This document shows, piece by piece, positions 50,059-63,872 of a DNA stretch of 64,000 nt; the first letter of the stretch is position 1, and each line of letters opens with the position of its first letter. A program made the position numbers and the translations under genes. The notes below the pieces were generated by a model. It was not told the DNA's origin and ran no database searches. It worked only from the letters and a program-made list of their open reading frames with translations. The stretch is from Phoronis australis (Eukaryota; Animalia; Phoronida). Where the stretch lies: positions 1 to 64,000 of the forward strand of contig NMRA01000208.1 of assembly GCA_002633005.1 (NCBI GenBank), read 5' to 3'.

Positions 50059-52793
50059 TCTTTCTGGAGAGGTTAAAATCTGAAAGTAATGAAGGAAGTT
50101 GTCATGTGCTCACAGCAAAGAAATACGTCAAACTCGTCACATGAAAAATGAAATGAATATCTAAATGTACTCGCCATTGAATGAGCTGACAGCAAGACTA
50201 AATATTTTGCACCATAAAACATTTCAAAGAAAGAATAATGTACGCCTTCTCAGTCCTTGACGTAGCATCAGTAAGTCATTTCTACTTGTATTTTTAACGT
50301 AACTGTGAACCTCAAAACAAAAAAATACAAAAAAAAGAAATTTGTTGATTAGTGCATCCTTTATGTTTGATTTGGCCTTCACATGGAGTCGAAATAAATT
50401 TAAAGACACGACTTTAAGAGGTTTTTCACCAACCATTTTCCTGCGTTGTATCTATTTTTGTCGATGATTTAGCTCTGCCCAATGACCCAATTATACTTTC
50501 AGTAATTTCCGCAATTAGCCGAGCACAACCGAGCGTTTCAAGGTTACCGCCATTTTTGTAAAAGTCGACATTGTGAATCGAATCTGAAATACACAAAAAT
50601 GTAAGTAGTATCGTAATCCGACGAGAGTATATATTATTTGCAAGCATAACATATATTAAAAAATAATTGCAGGCGGTCTGGTACACGTTGTACCAAACGT
50701 GCACAGGCCGAGCATGTGGCCCATTACACTGATCGCCTGGAACCATTTTATGCTTTATTAATATATAGTTACAATAGCACAATAGGCAGAGTCTACGAAA
50801 TGTTGCATCAGTGAACTAGCTGAGTGATTCTTGCATTCAGCTTCGCAGTGTATTTTACACCTCCAAAATCCCGGACCCGGGGATCCAGGTCAAGTGCGAT
50901 ACACCAAATACGGATTTATATCTACCGTCAGACATTAGTTATGGAAACCAGAAGCAACACGATACTCGGTTAGTAAACTGATACTTCGGTCTCTAGTAAG
51001 ACCGGCCCAGTGAATTACGGTAATATAAAATCAGACCCTTGAGTGTCTCCGGCAATAAAATCAACGAAAGGTCACCGTTTTGCGAACTGATTTGTACAAA
51101 AAAGGAAAGCAAGAAACAGGGTTATAGTTTCATTTCCCAATGTGAAAGTAGTTCGAAGTAACAACATAAAATCATTGCTAAATTTCACCGCAGTTCGGTC
51201 ATTTCTCGACCAATCTCGCAGCGCAATTGTCTCGTATTTGTTTCTGTGCCCTCCGAAAATTCTTCATGATTTCTGTTCTGTATTTTATTTACACCCCGTC
51301 CACGTTGTACCAGCCCTTCTCAATAAAGCTGTGTTGACTTAGTTCAGCTAAATGACGTACAAACTCCGCCCGAAAATAATCACGTGATTCTGAGTATTCG
51401 GACAAACTCGATTAGGTTGCTAAATTGAACCAATGTTCTTAAATTTCTGCATTGCGCAATACCCAAATTAATCCTATGTTGAAATTATACGTAACCCACT
51501 CGAGTAACTAAAAATTACTAGCTACATGTATCACAGTCAAGAAACTTCTGAAAGTTCTGTTATGATGAATGTGCACTTCTCGATCACCGCCGTGCGTTAT
51601 TTCCGATTTCTCGCGTTGCAATTTTGGAGTTTATTTCAATATTTATTTTGAACATCGATTTCTCGGCTATGAAATTTCAAATACTTGCTATTAGATACCT
51701 TTCGAAGGGAAACAGATCTCAGAATCACGATTTAGGTCCTTGATTTTCGGAACGAAGCCTTCAAAAATCAAGAGTGTGGCCGTTTTTGCTAAAAAGGTGA
51801 TAATTAAAAACTAAGACCTATTTAAAAAATCTGAGACACGGTTCCCTCGAAAATGCTGTTATCAACATGTTGACAAAAGACCAATATGAATGGAAGATAT
51901 TTTAAAAGTAAAAAATACTAAAAAACGCATATCTCGTGATTACGTAGGGACATTTACATAAAAATAGTAAATTGTGTTAGGAAAACTTTCAGAAAATATA
52001 TACTTTGCAGGGGTTACAGCCAACTGAATTTAAGATATTTCCACGTAAGTACAACCCGGTGAACAAGGTTCACAGTTACCTTAGTGTTTATTTAAAACTA
52101 AACGTGACCATAGATCTTACCTGATCAGCGTCAAAATCCGCTTTGACAGAAAGCGATCTGGCGTGTTAATTAAACGAACGTTTATTTGTTATAAATGATG
52201 TTTCATATCTATCTGTGACTTTATTTATATGTCTCCAGCTGGAAACCATTGTAATTCAACAGTCATAAATAGTCGACAAACGAGGCGTATGACATGCACC
52301 TTGTCATCGTCCAAGTATATTAATTTTGTGCGTACGTGACCCAAAATTGAGAGAATTTATGGGAAAGCGCTCTTTATGAAACAGTTGTATTCTTTCATCG
52401 AAAAAGGACTTAAAACTTTTGAGGATAGTAAAATACATTTACAATATTATCGAACGTAGTTTTGTATATGAAGTTATTTTTGGTCCAGAGCTAATTTGCG
52501 TGAAACTCGTTGCCTTGCGCTACTATTGAACGCCATAATAACGAAAGCAGCAAAGATGGATTGTGCAACCGTTATGAGGCAAAATGGTTCGCTTTTTGTA
52601 CAAAAGCATGAAATTTGGTCTACAATGCACATGTATTTTGACTCAATGAATGTTATTTGCTTATGTTTGTGAATATGAAACAGAATGAAGTCTCTGTGGC
52701 GCTTTTGAGGTGAAATGACTCGCAGTTTTTCATTTTGTTAATAACTTTTTTTGGGAAAAGATAGCAAGTTCAGTGATACGCGCTCTGCCAGGT

Positions 52794-52950
52794 TAAACAC
52801 AGGCTAGTTCCGCATTAGACGACTCGGATCTCTAAACACAGACTAGTTCCGCATTAGACAACTCTGATCCCTAAACACAGACTAGTACCGCATTAGACAA
52901 CTCTGATCTCTAAACACAGACTAGTACCCCATTAGACGACTCGGATCTCT
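52794..52950. repeat. 39-bp tandem repeat, 4 copies
   Basis: taaacacag.ctagt.cc.cattagac at 52794, 52833, 52872 and 52911. Confidence 0.93.
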
Positions 52951-53681
52951 TCTAACTCATGATTGGTCACAGAAATAAACTCAAAATTGTATTGGAGAAC
53001 GCTTCTTCGATACGGCAAGCGTGCAAAATCAATCTGTAGTCTATATGATATATTGTAAACATTTAACGATATCGACTGTCAAAATTATGCTGAGGCCTGC
53101 AACTACAATCTTTTTGAATCTGAATCTTGTCTGGATTTACAAATTTATCCGGAACAATATATGAACATGTTTTCAACGGAAGTGTGTATTGAAATCAACA
53201 TTTTGTGAAGCGGCTAATAACCGAGGCTAGACAGCCATGAATCCCCCCCATTAGTAGGATACATGTGTGGATTAAGTATTTTAATGTTGACTTCATGATG
53301 AAAGTAAAATGAAGAAGAATATCAGTTGCATCGAATACTTGGCATCAACATCTGATGGACATCCCAGAGAGTCCATAAGCCTAGAAATAGAAACACGCTG
53401 TGGATAGGCTGTTGTAACACCCGCGTTCGCGGCGTGTCTCGTTTTATAGTAGTGAAAACAAGTAATACGGGAAAGAGTTCAATAGCTGTCTCGGAGCGAG
53501 AAAATTCTAGCCAAAATCACGTGCTCTCATTGAAAATACACGACAATATGTAATCTCGCGAAGTCTTGCTTTTCTGATGAGGTCCTAGCGTCACTGGACT
53601 CCAGCTACCCAAGTGTTGAGAGATTACATGTGTCTGACACTGGATGACGCGTACGCGGCGTAACATTTACCTCCAATAGCT

Positions 53682-53780
53682 GCAAATGTTTTACATTCTT
53701 ACTTTGCAAAATGTTTTAAATTCTTACTTTGCAAACTGTTTTACATTCTTACTTTGCAAACTGTTTTACATTCTTACTTT
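53682..53780. repeat. 25-bp tandem repeat, 4 copies
   Basis: Unit gcaaactgttttacattcttacttt. Confidence 0.93.
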
Positions 53781-55152
53781 GAGAAAATCAAGCTCAAAAA
53801 ATCAACGAATCAGTTTCATGCAGCAAGAAAGCTCCTTTCAGTAGCGTTGCTTTTTGGCCAAAGTAATGGCGAGAGTCTGTCACGTGCACACGTGAAGATT
53901 GACTTATCCAAATCCAAACACACGGTACGACAACATCAAATCAAGCAAATAAAAGACAATATGTATATAGTCACACTGCTCAGGATCATGCCGAAATACA
54001 TAGAGAGAGAAATATGCTGGGAACAGGACAACACCAGGCACCACAGCTGGAAATTGTAACGCTCAGCATGTTTCTCACGCACGCAGTGGTTGAATGAATC
54101 AATTACACTTACATCGGAATAAGCAATATTATGAGCAGACTGCAGACTCTGATTTATGACGGCATCATGGCAATCTTTAGAATGTTTTTTTACTCTGTGA
54201 CACATCAAATCATTCTTTATCCAGTTCCAAATGGTTAAAAATATTGTTCTTTTAATACAAGCTCAGACTATAATAGTGTGTTTTTCGACCAACAGGGGCG
54301 CTGCTAAAATATTTATTTTTCTTTTTTAACACTTTTCAACTAATTTCATAACATTTATCATTGTTTTGTCTGGTAAAATTATTTTTGAGTTTTTGCTCAG
54401 TGTTGTTGAGTTTCAAATAGTTTTCTTTGCTTCTTTGCCAAATTTTGCAAAATGTCAAATTTTTAGGTCAAAATTCTCGAAAACGTGCAAATCAAACCTT
54501 TTAGATTTTTAAAGTATATCACTTAATGACACTAAAACCACCAAAAATATATTTCCTCCCAAAAGTAGCGACAGAAGTCATTTTCCAGGCTTCATAGATT
54601 TGAATGGACCATGGTCTAATTGCTAGGTGGTTGAACGACAGTATCATTCCTGTGGAGTGTTTCTTGGTCATGGATCGTCTGGGTTGCTGTCAAGTGTATT
54701 CTTCACAGGCGGCCGTCGTAAAAATATTGTTATATCTTGCTACCTTTTTAGTTTTGAGCTCTTCTTTGACAAATACTAATTTCCAACAATCATGTCTACA
54801 CAACCAGACCTTATTTCGATGGAAATAAATAGGGATATGCTTCGTAAATTAAGTGGTTGCATAAAAAGATCCCTATTTATTTTCAAAAATATTGAGAATT
54901 CAACGTAAAGTTCATTCTCGGACCCAAAGAACCACCATCAACTTATTAAATTATCATCGTTGAAAACAACAAATTTAAAAATTTATTTAACTCAACAAAG
55001 CATGTATTAAAAATAACCAAATCAATTCACAAATGCCAACACAAATAGAGCTTAAGTCATTTCTGTTCACAAGTTTTTGCTGTTATCAACCAAAATGGCG
55101 CGGCAACTTTATAGTAATGGACATATCTAAGTATGGAAGGTACAAAGACAAG

Positions 55153-55953
55153 TTATACTTCTGTGACTGCTACGTCGTCAAGAGCACTGTCAAACCCGAC
55201 AACTGGATGTCGCGGGATTGGTTTAAGTATCTCAGGAAGGACTTCAAAACTACTGGCCCGCAGTCTCGAACCATTCACTGGTGGGCACTGCAGATGTTCC
55301 ATTTTTCCGATATAGTCACCACAGTCCGAAACAGACACCTGAACGTTATCCGACCATAGACTCCCATTTCGACCGTTCTCTGTAAACGCGTCAGAATTGT
55401 TATCCGAACTAGGGGACATGTTTTCGATTGCACTGTCATGATTCGGCGACACAGAACGTTTGCTTTGCTGAGGTAAAACATTACTCACATAAGCTGACAT
55501 GAGATCTTTTGCACAAGAGCGTTTTGTGTTTCCCTGACAATTTAAACTGCTTCCTGGTACACAAGAGTATTCACGTATTAAATCATAGGCTTTGTTTTCC
55601 TTTCCAAGAAAAGGTATCTGCCCTTTGACATATGTTGTTTGTTGGCCTACCACAAGGTCCTCGTCCGATTCCTCGGATGACACACTTATTCTCGAACACT
55701 CTTCCGATAAATTTCGAGAAATTACGCTATCACGCGAAGCATCAACCCGTTCTGACACCGTACGTAAACTGTTGCACGAATTTATGTACAAATCATCAAT
55801 GTCCATTGATCGTACACTGTCTTTTTGACGCAAGCATTTCTTTCTGTGATCGTCTTGTATCTCGACGGTCTTTCTGGGCGTGCGAAGATAAGTCTGAAAT
55901 TTTTCTGTCCCGTAAAACAGCCGATCGGTGAGTTCCCGAATGGTGGCGTCTTT
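55153..55953 (-). CDS. Class C GPCR (GABA-B/GPR156-like), last exon: end of coiled coil, long Ser-rich tail, PDZ-binding end VTEV
   Basis: ttgttgcag|AAA GAC GCC ACC ATT, phase 0; 267 codons to the stop. Confidence 0.8.
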   Translation of the reverse strand, partial: KDATIRELTDRLFYGTEKFQTYLRTPRKTVEIQDDHRKKCLRQKDSVRSMDIDDLYINSCNSLRTVSERVDASRDSVISRNLSEECSRISVSSEESDEDLVVGQQTTYVKGQIPFLGKENKAYDLIREYSCVPGSSLNCQGNTKRSCAKDLMSAYVSNVLPQQSKRSVSPNHDSAIENMSPSSDNNSDAFTENGRNGSLWSDNVQVSVSDCGDYIGKMEHLQCPPVNGSRLRASSFEVLPEILKPIPRHPVVGFDSALDDVAVTEV

Positions 55954-58900
55954 CTGCAACAACAGTCAAGATGAGGTGATTAATAACTTCAACATCAAGA
56001 AACTGTTCTCTGACAACGTTTAAGAAATAAATTTAGTTGATTAACCTCAAAACGAAAGGTGCAAAGGTGATTTATATGTCCATTGGAATATACAACTGGG
56101 CAATATTTGCAGTATTGTTATTGTGTATCTTAATTATGCTTTGTATTTTTTGTTATTCCCCCCGTGAAGAAGTTTATACTATACGTTTTTAAACGTAAAA
56201 GTATTTTTGATGTGTACGTGCGTGAGGGTGTTCGCGCGCGGGGTGTATGTGAATTGAATGCATTTAATGTCTTGTAAAAGTTAGATGAAACCCATTTTCT
56301 TATTTTGATGTATCGCTTACATCAACGCCAACGCCTGAAAATGATGGAAAACGAAGGCAAAGTCGTATTCAGTGAAAGATGCACTAACATGAATAACGAG
56401 CATGCGTTACACAAACATTCGTGCAGACATCCATCAGAGTATTTCGACAACAAGTTTTCTTTAAGACATGTTTTGCTAAACGCAACATTCCATTTGCACT
56501 TTTTAACTGTTTAACGTTAATGCTGTTAAAACTGCCTTAATGAACAGTCTCTTCAACTGGCGGCAGTCAGATCAAGTATTAGGTACCAGTCTGTATACTG
56601 TACAGTAACTGTCTCAAGCTCGTAGCAGCAAAGAAAATAAACAAAGTCAATAATGCTGGTGTCGTATTCAAGGCACGTAACACAGAAATACATCAGCAAA
56701 ACATTTGTCTGTAAAGAAATCAAGAGATATCAGTGAAGTTAATTCGCACTCAGCCAGTAGGTGGCGTTATTAAGAAATGTAGTATCCCAACATAATAACG
56801 ACAAGGAGGTCTTCAAAATTATTTTGACAATATAAAAGTCAAACTGCATATTAGATGTATTGAACTCATTTACTATATAGGAACTATGAAATATATAATC
56901 TGGGTAGAGATGTGTACACGCAAGATCCTCTCTAAGGAAGCTAGCGAGATCATGTGCTTTTAATTGTAATACAAGAATATATCTCGTGGCTTCTCGCGTT
57001 TTTGCGACATTTTCGTCTCTACGGGCACACTACTGGTTACGTGTAACAAAATCCGTGGCACACCAAGCAAGACCAATGTGGTACATGAATTCTCGTGCCT
57101 TCACGATGAAGGTTTTAGTCTTAATAATACCCTTTTTGTTAGACACACCGTGTCCATCCTGTCTCGTAATTTATCCATGCGCTGCCAGAATAGAGCGATT
57201 AAACAGCACTTGGAAGATATACGTGGTGAACTCGCTAGTTCGTTACTTGAGCAAAACACGGGAATTCTCAAAATAGAAAGCGGCAAACAAGGTGACCATT
57301 AACGTTGGAGTCACTTCTTCTTAAGCTGTAGTTCCCTGTAATCAATAAGCAGGACTCTGGATTTTCTCGCGCTTTTAACTTGTTCAGTTAAAGGAGAATG
57401 CCACCCGATTTAATTAGTCTTTTTTGCCGTCTTAATCGGTCTATATCCACATCGCCTCGCATACGGTCGACTTTACCTTGCCAAGAGGGGTCGCGTTAAC
57501 CTGTGAAGAAGGTGAGAAACGACGCTAGCGACGTTAGCGGTTCATGTGCAGAGTGAATGCCGCTATATTGCGGTGCATCGTTCCCGCTTGTCCGAACTAA
57601 GCAGCTGCGAGGAAAGCGGGTATATCGTTTTTTTTACTTCCTCGAGAGTCCGAAATGCTTAGGAAGTGTCTCATGGTAGTGAAGAATGAAATGTACGCTG
57701 TAAATAGCAAGTATGAGGCCGTGAAACAACTCTGTGTCTGTGGCCTGCAGACGTCGACAGTGCCTGACGAATGCCGGCTTACCAAATAACTCCATTCGTT
57801 CCGTTGTCTGAGCTTGTTCACGGCGCCTCTCTAGTATTTCTTCATCACTGTATTCCTGTTCGAATTGATAGCCTGTAAAACTTAACGATCCACCTGCGAA
57901 GTCGGGACTGATGAGCTCTAGGTCGTCCTAAGTCGGGATTGCGAGTTGCCATGTTGGCGAACGGTTTATTACTGAGCGTTCTGTTTCAAAATGAATTATT
58001 CTCACCCTAACCAATACTTATATGAAACTGAAACAAAGTCTGTCTCATTAGATGCAATTTGTAATGCCTTTGGAGTGTTCGTGAGTTCAAATGATTTGAG
58101 AAGCCAGCAATGAATATATCACTGCATTACCGCTTTAGGTGCAATAAAACTAATTGATGGGACACCGAGGCCGTGTGAGATCATGCTAATTTAGTGTTTG
58201 CTGACAGAAACTATTGTGAAACAACTCGATTTCCATCCCACGGCCAGGTGTTAGGGGAATCTTTATTTACATTTACATTACTCAAATAATGATTGTCAAT
58301 GTACAACTTCTGCCCTAACGGTGCTGTGGCCAAAGCGGAATGTTAACCTGAATTTGCGGCCCCCAAGTAAGTAGATTTGCAGTTTCGTGGCTAATTCGCC
58401 AACATAATCACGTGCATATTACTTTGGCTCACTAGTACAGTATTTTCTTGACTGGAAGTTTAGTTTCCACTGAACTTTGGCTGGTTTATGTTCGTGATGT
58501 TTGATCAGTTTCCGAGCCACTGGCCGGGATAACGTACGAGTCAATCCGTCCGGCCGCGACGGGCCTGATCGGGCTCCGAGCCACTGACCAGGATAACAAG
58601 CGTCTTGTGTTTAGAACTCAAAAAATCACAAGTCTAAACAACACAGATCTAGGTTCTCCTGTCTGTATCTCACGGAAAATACTTCGAAATTATCTCCGAA
58701 CAGACCCCAAACTTCTGCTACGGACCTTATTGTCCTGCCGAACTTTGTAGGCTAGAACTTTGTGTCCAAATACCAATAAATCCGTAAGAACGAAATAAAA
58801 CAACACGTTTTTATAAGAACTCGGTGTATTTTTAAGGATTTTACATCGAAGTTTGATGATTTATTGGTGTTAAACGATGACTTCAAGCGATAAGCTGACA

Positions 58901-59364
58901 CCAGTGACACGTGTTGTGAACTGTTGAACAAACTGCGTGTGAAAGCAATGACGTCGTTGGATAATTTCAACACCTCCGTCTGCTGTCAGGTATCAGGTAA
59001 CGCAACCTTACGTGTCGTTATGGAGTAGAACTACTCGATCTAAATTGATACAAATTAGGTTGTTTTTTGGGTGGCATGCTCCGCTAAGTAGTTACTGGTT
59101 GGGTCGGACGTGTATGTTGTCATTCCGTGCACGATGAGATCTTTTGTATCTAATCTCTTCTGTCCTGTGATTGCCGCGTAATGATGAATTGTTCATGCCG
59201 ATGTCCCGAGGGAGCCGAAGTACCGGCAATTTTATTGTGTATTGTTGTGTTATGTGACTTGAATACGACGCCAGTATTGTTGAGTGCTCATTTTTCACTA
59301 TTGTTGCATCAACTGACACTGGAGAAACTGTGCACTAAGGCCGTTAATTATTAGTGGAACTTAC

Positions 59365-59565
59365 TTGTTTTATTGCCATCTTTAAATTTTCAATTTCGGA
59401 CACCACAAGATCGTGTGCGTATTTTCGCTCTGTAGGTTTTCGTCCAAAGCACCCAGTCTGCTTATTCTGTGTCCTAGCTCTAGTTTTTTTCATGGACTCG
59501 CTGAACAGAAACTTTACGGTATCGTCCTTTCTTTTCTTTTTGCTGTATTTCCTTGCCAGTAATAT
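59365..59565 (-). CDS. Class C GPCR exon: post-TM7 region and start of coiled coil
   Basis: atttcag|ILLARKYSKK...VSEIENLKMAIKQ|gtaagt, 201 nt, phase 0-0. Confidence 0.85.
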
Positions 59566-59776
59566 CTGAAATCATTATTAGGTAAAATGCGTATTGGTTC
59601 TGGTGCAACGTATCTTTTCTTTCTGCACGACACATGTCAATGTACACTATGTCACACTCTTGGTGTCTACTGATCAAGTTGCTTTCTCCAGAATTGATAA
59701 GAATTATAGCATTAAAACTATTCACCGTGAACAACATGTACTTCGAAAATATGAACTAGGGTCATTTCAGGCTTAC

Positions 59777-60103
59777 CTTTGGAAGAAACAGCCATGACAA
59801 GGTCCCGTATGTAATCGTGATTATACAAGCTGACGTCAATATGTACAACAGATTCGTCGAACATTCGTCGACGAGGATCAACATGACAAAGATTGTTGCC
59901 ACACAAAAAGTCATTGAAGCAGAAGCGTATATCTGCTGAGAGTCTTTTAGTGACGGGAGAGTCACGTGTCTTGCTTGCCATGCGCAATACACAATAGCAG
60001 TCAATATAGCGGCCTTAATACCAACGATCACAAGCACCCATATTACATTATACTTCGAACTGCATGTCCGCGTTCTGTATGAAACAAGAGCGTCTTTCAT
60101 TAT
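59777..60103 (-). CDS. Class C GPCR exon: ECL2, TM5-TM7
   Basis: CSSKYNVIWV...GIKAAIL...AWQARHVTLPSLKDSQQI...LFLPK|gtaagc; GABA-B-family motifs. Confidence 0.92.
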
Positions 60104-60463
60104 CTGAAATAAAAGGTGTGGTAATTTAAGTACCTCATACTAATAGAAATAACATCCTGTAGTCCTGGACTAATTATTGTGTCTTTGCTATTGCTTATGG
60201 TCGTCCGAGTAGTTGGTGTACCAACGAAATGACAAAAAACTGGATGTAGCCACTTTTGAAATTCCCTGCCTTCGAATGCGCGATTTTTTTGCCGTTCACA
60301 GCATGGCTGTTTCCTTTTAAACTTCCAAGAACGTGGCTACAGGTTTGACTCTCTTCGTCACATTTTACGATAAAACATTGATAAAAGTTCATAATGTTAT
60401 TTCATGATATCACAACCAGTCGAAAAAACGTGAAAGCTCACGAAAGATCACGACGATGATTAC

Positions 60464-60700
60464 CTCATATCTCGTTTCCTTTTCCTTTTCTACACAAACA
60501 ATAGGATCGGCGTAAGTCCATCCTAATAGGATGACGATGTCAACGAATAAGACAATCACCACGCCTAGCAGAAGGTGCTCGTCTTTCGTGGTTTTACCGT
60601 TAAACTGCATATTCTTAAACACCATGAACACTCTCCATGTCTTGGTTAGTACAGATCCATAGATGAGAGTCGACGAAATGGTAAGAGTAAAAGTGGTAGC
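60464..60700 (-). CDS. Class C GPCR exon: TM3-TM4
   Basis: ccacag|ATTFTLTISSTLIYGSVLTKTWRVFMVF...KDEHLL...DIVILLGWTYADPIVC...RYE|gtaatc. Confidence 0.92.
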
Positions 60701-60962
60701 CTGTGGAGATAGGAAAGTAATAAAAATCAGTGAACACTTACGGCAGGATGACGCCTCACGTCAGTCTCATGATGCTATGACGACTTAACAGCATATGGTC
60801 ATTTCTGTTAAGGTTATTTTCGACGTGTATCAGACCACCTGCAATTATTTCTTTAAAAACAAAATGAGAAAAAGAGACCATGGCGGTTGTGCTCAACGTT
60901 TTATTTTCCCACCATCTACGCTTTGTAGCATAAATTATGTTTATAAAAAGACTCTTACTCAC

Positions 60963-61095
60963 ATGTCTGAGACGTGCAACTTGCTCATTGGATGAGACAA
61001 AGTATTCTGTACCTAACACACCCACGGATACGTAGGCCAACACGGCTCCAAGGGCGATCACGGAGTTAATGTACGGACTGGTAAGTTTGATTAGT
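60963..61095 (-). CDS. Class C GPCR exon: ICL1-TM2
   Basis: catttcag|(R)LIKLTSPYINSVIALGAVLAYVSV...ARLRH|gtgagt. Confidence 0.92.
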
Positions 61096-61445
61096 CTGAA
61101 ATGAACATTATTGCACGTTATACATTTTCCTTTAGCAACAGTCCTTCCCAATGCAGTGATTTGTTACTTGTTGATACTCTATGTTTGTTATCTTGAGATT
61201 TATACGATGGAAAATGTATTTCTTGTCTTTCTGATAATGATGAATATCACCTTGGAGTCGAGATGGAAAGTCTGACGTTCTTACGTTTTGCAAATAATTC
61301 AACCTTCCTCAAGTTGACAGAAAAACATGGTTCCAGAACTGTTAAGATGGAATTAGAACGTGGCGTCATTTTTGTGGAGACCAAATGATTGCAACGAAGA
61401 AAGTTTATTCTTGAAAGGGGTGACAGAAAGTTTTGATGTTCCTAC

Positions 61446-61587
61446 CTATCGTTTTGTTTTAATATGTTGAACACCAATATGGCGACGGCGTATACTACAC
61501 CGAGGCTGGCAAGTGACGTCATGATTATGAACGCTGGCAACGTTACAGTGTGAAGATGGCTCTCCTTGGTCAACATGTCAGTTATTT
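61446..61587 (-). CDS. Class C GPCR exon: stalk and TM1
   Basis: ttttcag|(E)ITDMLTKESHLHTVTLPAFIIMTSLASLGVVYAVAILVFNILKQND(R)|gtagga, phase 1-2. Confidence 0.9.
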
Positions 61588-62349
61588 CTGAAAATTCAAA
61601 CGAAAAATAAAGACAAGCATAAAATGGAAAAATGTGAACACTGTCTTACGATAACAAACAACTGCCATTAACGACTGACCGCGGCACTTAAACAGAAACG
61701 ACACTAGTTATCAACAGAAATTATGACGCGCATTGCGCACTTTAATATTACTACTGGAAATAGTCTGTCGTTGAATTGCTACTGAATGTGTTTTAGAGTC
61801 ATGTCTTGCTGTGCTTATCACAAATATAGAAAAATAGATTGTTGAAATGCATTCGATGTGTTTGGCTGCATTTGTTTCAATCTCCCGTATGTCGGGTCAT
61901 CCGTGTCAATCCTCAATAACATTTGACTGGTTTACACGGACAACTTCCTGACCGTGAACTTTACCTGGCTCAATCGAGTGAGAGTGAACTAATTGCAGAT
62001 TAATTAATCAAAGTCGTTATCGCATTCTCCTTCCAACATGAAGTCATGACGTCATCATAAAGAGTGGATAAATTTTAAATCAACATTTTATGTGACTCTT
62101 TAAAAAATGATACGTATACTGAACTAATTCGCACTGTCGTGATATTTTGTATGTAAATTGTTAATTCTTTGAATTTTAAAAACGTTTTCCACATCACGCT
62201 TTCCCGATTCGTGTTTTCACACTTGAACTGTGTTCAGTATTGAGGTTGTGCAACAATCAAACGTATGTTGTAGATAAAGTCCCCAACACTCTCATGTAAG
62301 CCATTCATGTGTCAACATACGATATCTAGTAAGTGCGTACCGACGTTAC

Positions 62350-62409
62350 CTGTTTTCACCGTCAGGTTCTTATGAGCACCAAGCGATCCAACTGTCGTGA
62401 TTACGTTGT
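62350..62409 (-). CDS. Class C GPCR exon: end of ectodomain
   Basis: attacag|(D)NVITTVGSLGAHKNLTVKT|gtaacg, 60 nt, phase 1-1. Confidence 0.72.
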
Positions 62410-63477
62410 CTGTAATAGACAGAGAAACTATTGTCATGCGCCTATGTGGATGGAATGACTAAAGCACTGGAACACGTCAGGGAACGTAAATTTTTAACGA
62501 TTCGTCTCGTCGGTGTTGATGGTAATGGATGGCGTTGATGTCGTTTTGCCTAACTTCTTGGAATATTGGGCTTCAGTTACAAGCATCTTCCTCTCTACTA
62601 TCTTCACTAGTAAATCTTTCCGATTATCAAGATTTTGGGGCTTTTCTCCATTCGCTGAAGTTTTATCGAAAGTTTCACAAGTGTTCAATCTCTATTGAAA
62701 ACGGTTGATTACCGATATATTTTTGAGTGAACTCGACATATTGTTTGGTAGTTCTTGGTGAACAGACTCGTGGGCGAGACGGCCTCGCCTCTTGTTGATT
62801 TCAAATCAGTGATATTCACCTGGTTGTAATAATGAAAGAAGGTCATTCTTTTTGATTTCTGAATAAATTGAGAACAGGAAGTTGTTCACCCGCATGGGTT
62901 ATTTTGCTATAAAGAATTGTTTTAGTTAATCATTGTCGTTGAGAAGTAACGAGCAGCTTACTCAAGATGGCGACCAATTATTTTTCTACCAACTCGATAG
63001 ATGGCGGCAGCAGAAAGTAAAATAAAGGACACAACTGGGTAGAGTTCAGTAACGCGAGGACCTACGGTAGGTCCTCGCTAAAATGTTGCCAAAATTACTT
63101 GTTCTCATTTAGAATATATGACAACATCTCACGTATCTCGCAAAGCCTTGCTTTTTAACGAGGTTCTAACGTTACTGAACTTTATCCTCGATTCCACATG
63201 ACAACCTGAATACGTACATTTATTCTGGTGAGACTGTTGTTTCGATGACGTCTTATGTTGAATTCCTTTTGGTCTTAAATTAAATTGCTCATGCTTTAAT
63301 AAAAACAACTACGGTTTTAAATCGACTTCACATGTTTCGGTGTTATTTATTCAAACACCATCATCATGCTTTACGATAAAACTACGTTTCGCAGCATATG
63401 ACCAAAAATGTCCACCAATCAGATATGGCCGTTTTTCATTATTTGGTGCAAATTGAAGGTGCACAAACTCCACCTAC

Positions 63478-63541
63478 CCTTTATACGCAGAACAGATACA
63501 TTGCTTTCCCTGAAACCTTTTGGCGTGAATTGCACTTTTCC
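63478..63541 (-). CDS. Class C GPCR exon: Venus-flytrap C-terminal strands
   Basis: gttttcag|GKVQFTPKGFRESNVSVLRIK G|gtaggt, phase 0-1. Confidence 0.8.
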
Positions 63542-63872
63542 CTGAAAACAAAATGTCAATTTTCCTGAAATTGTCTGGTGACATTTCAAAAACAACTGTG
63601 CTAAAAACATGCAGATTTAAAATGACAAGTAATGACCAAATTTAACAGTTTATTGGTGTCCAAGAGACATTCACGATTCAAATGAGAATCGTATTCCGCT
63701 TATTCAGATAGTCGTTAACAAAAAAATCCAGTTTAAAATTCTACTTCATTTAGGAATACACTAAAGAGCTTGCAAAAAGAATTTGAACTCGAAGGGCGCT
63801 TTTTTAAACCGTCACCTTCTTGAACAAACTGTAGGTGTTATAGTGAAAGCAGACAACATGCAAGATACACAC

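Larger units (their letters stand above)
44140..52510. repeat. Segmental duplication copy B
   Basis: Colinear with 4460-22950 (see copy A). Confidence 0.92.

Noticed and set aside
56986-59320. Several short ORFs in the last GPCR intron
   Set aside because: No recognisable motifs or consistent splice chain; probably decayed repeats.
62494-62688. 64-aa ORF in a GPCR intron as an alternative terminal exon
   Set aside because: Its acceptor is phase 0 whereas the upstream donor is phase 1, which hits a stop within five codons.
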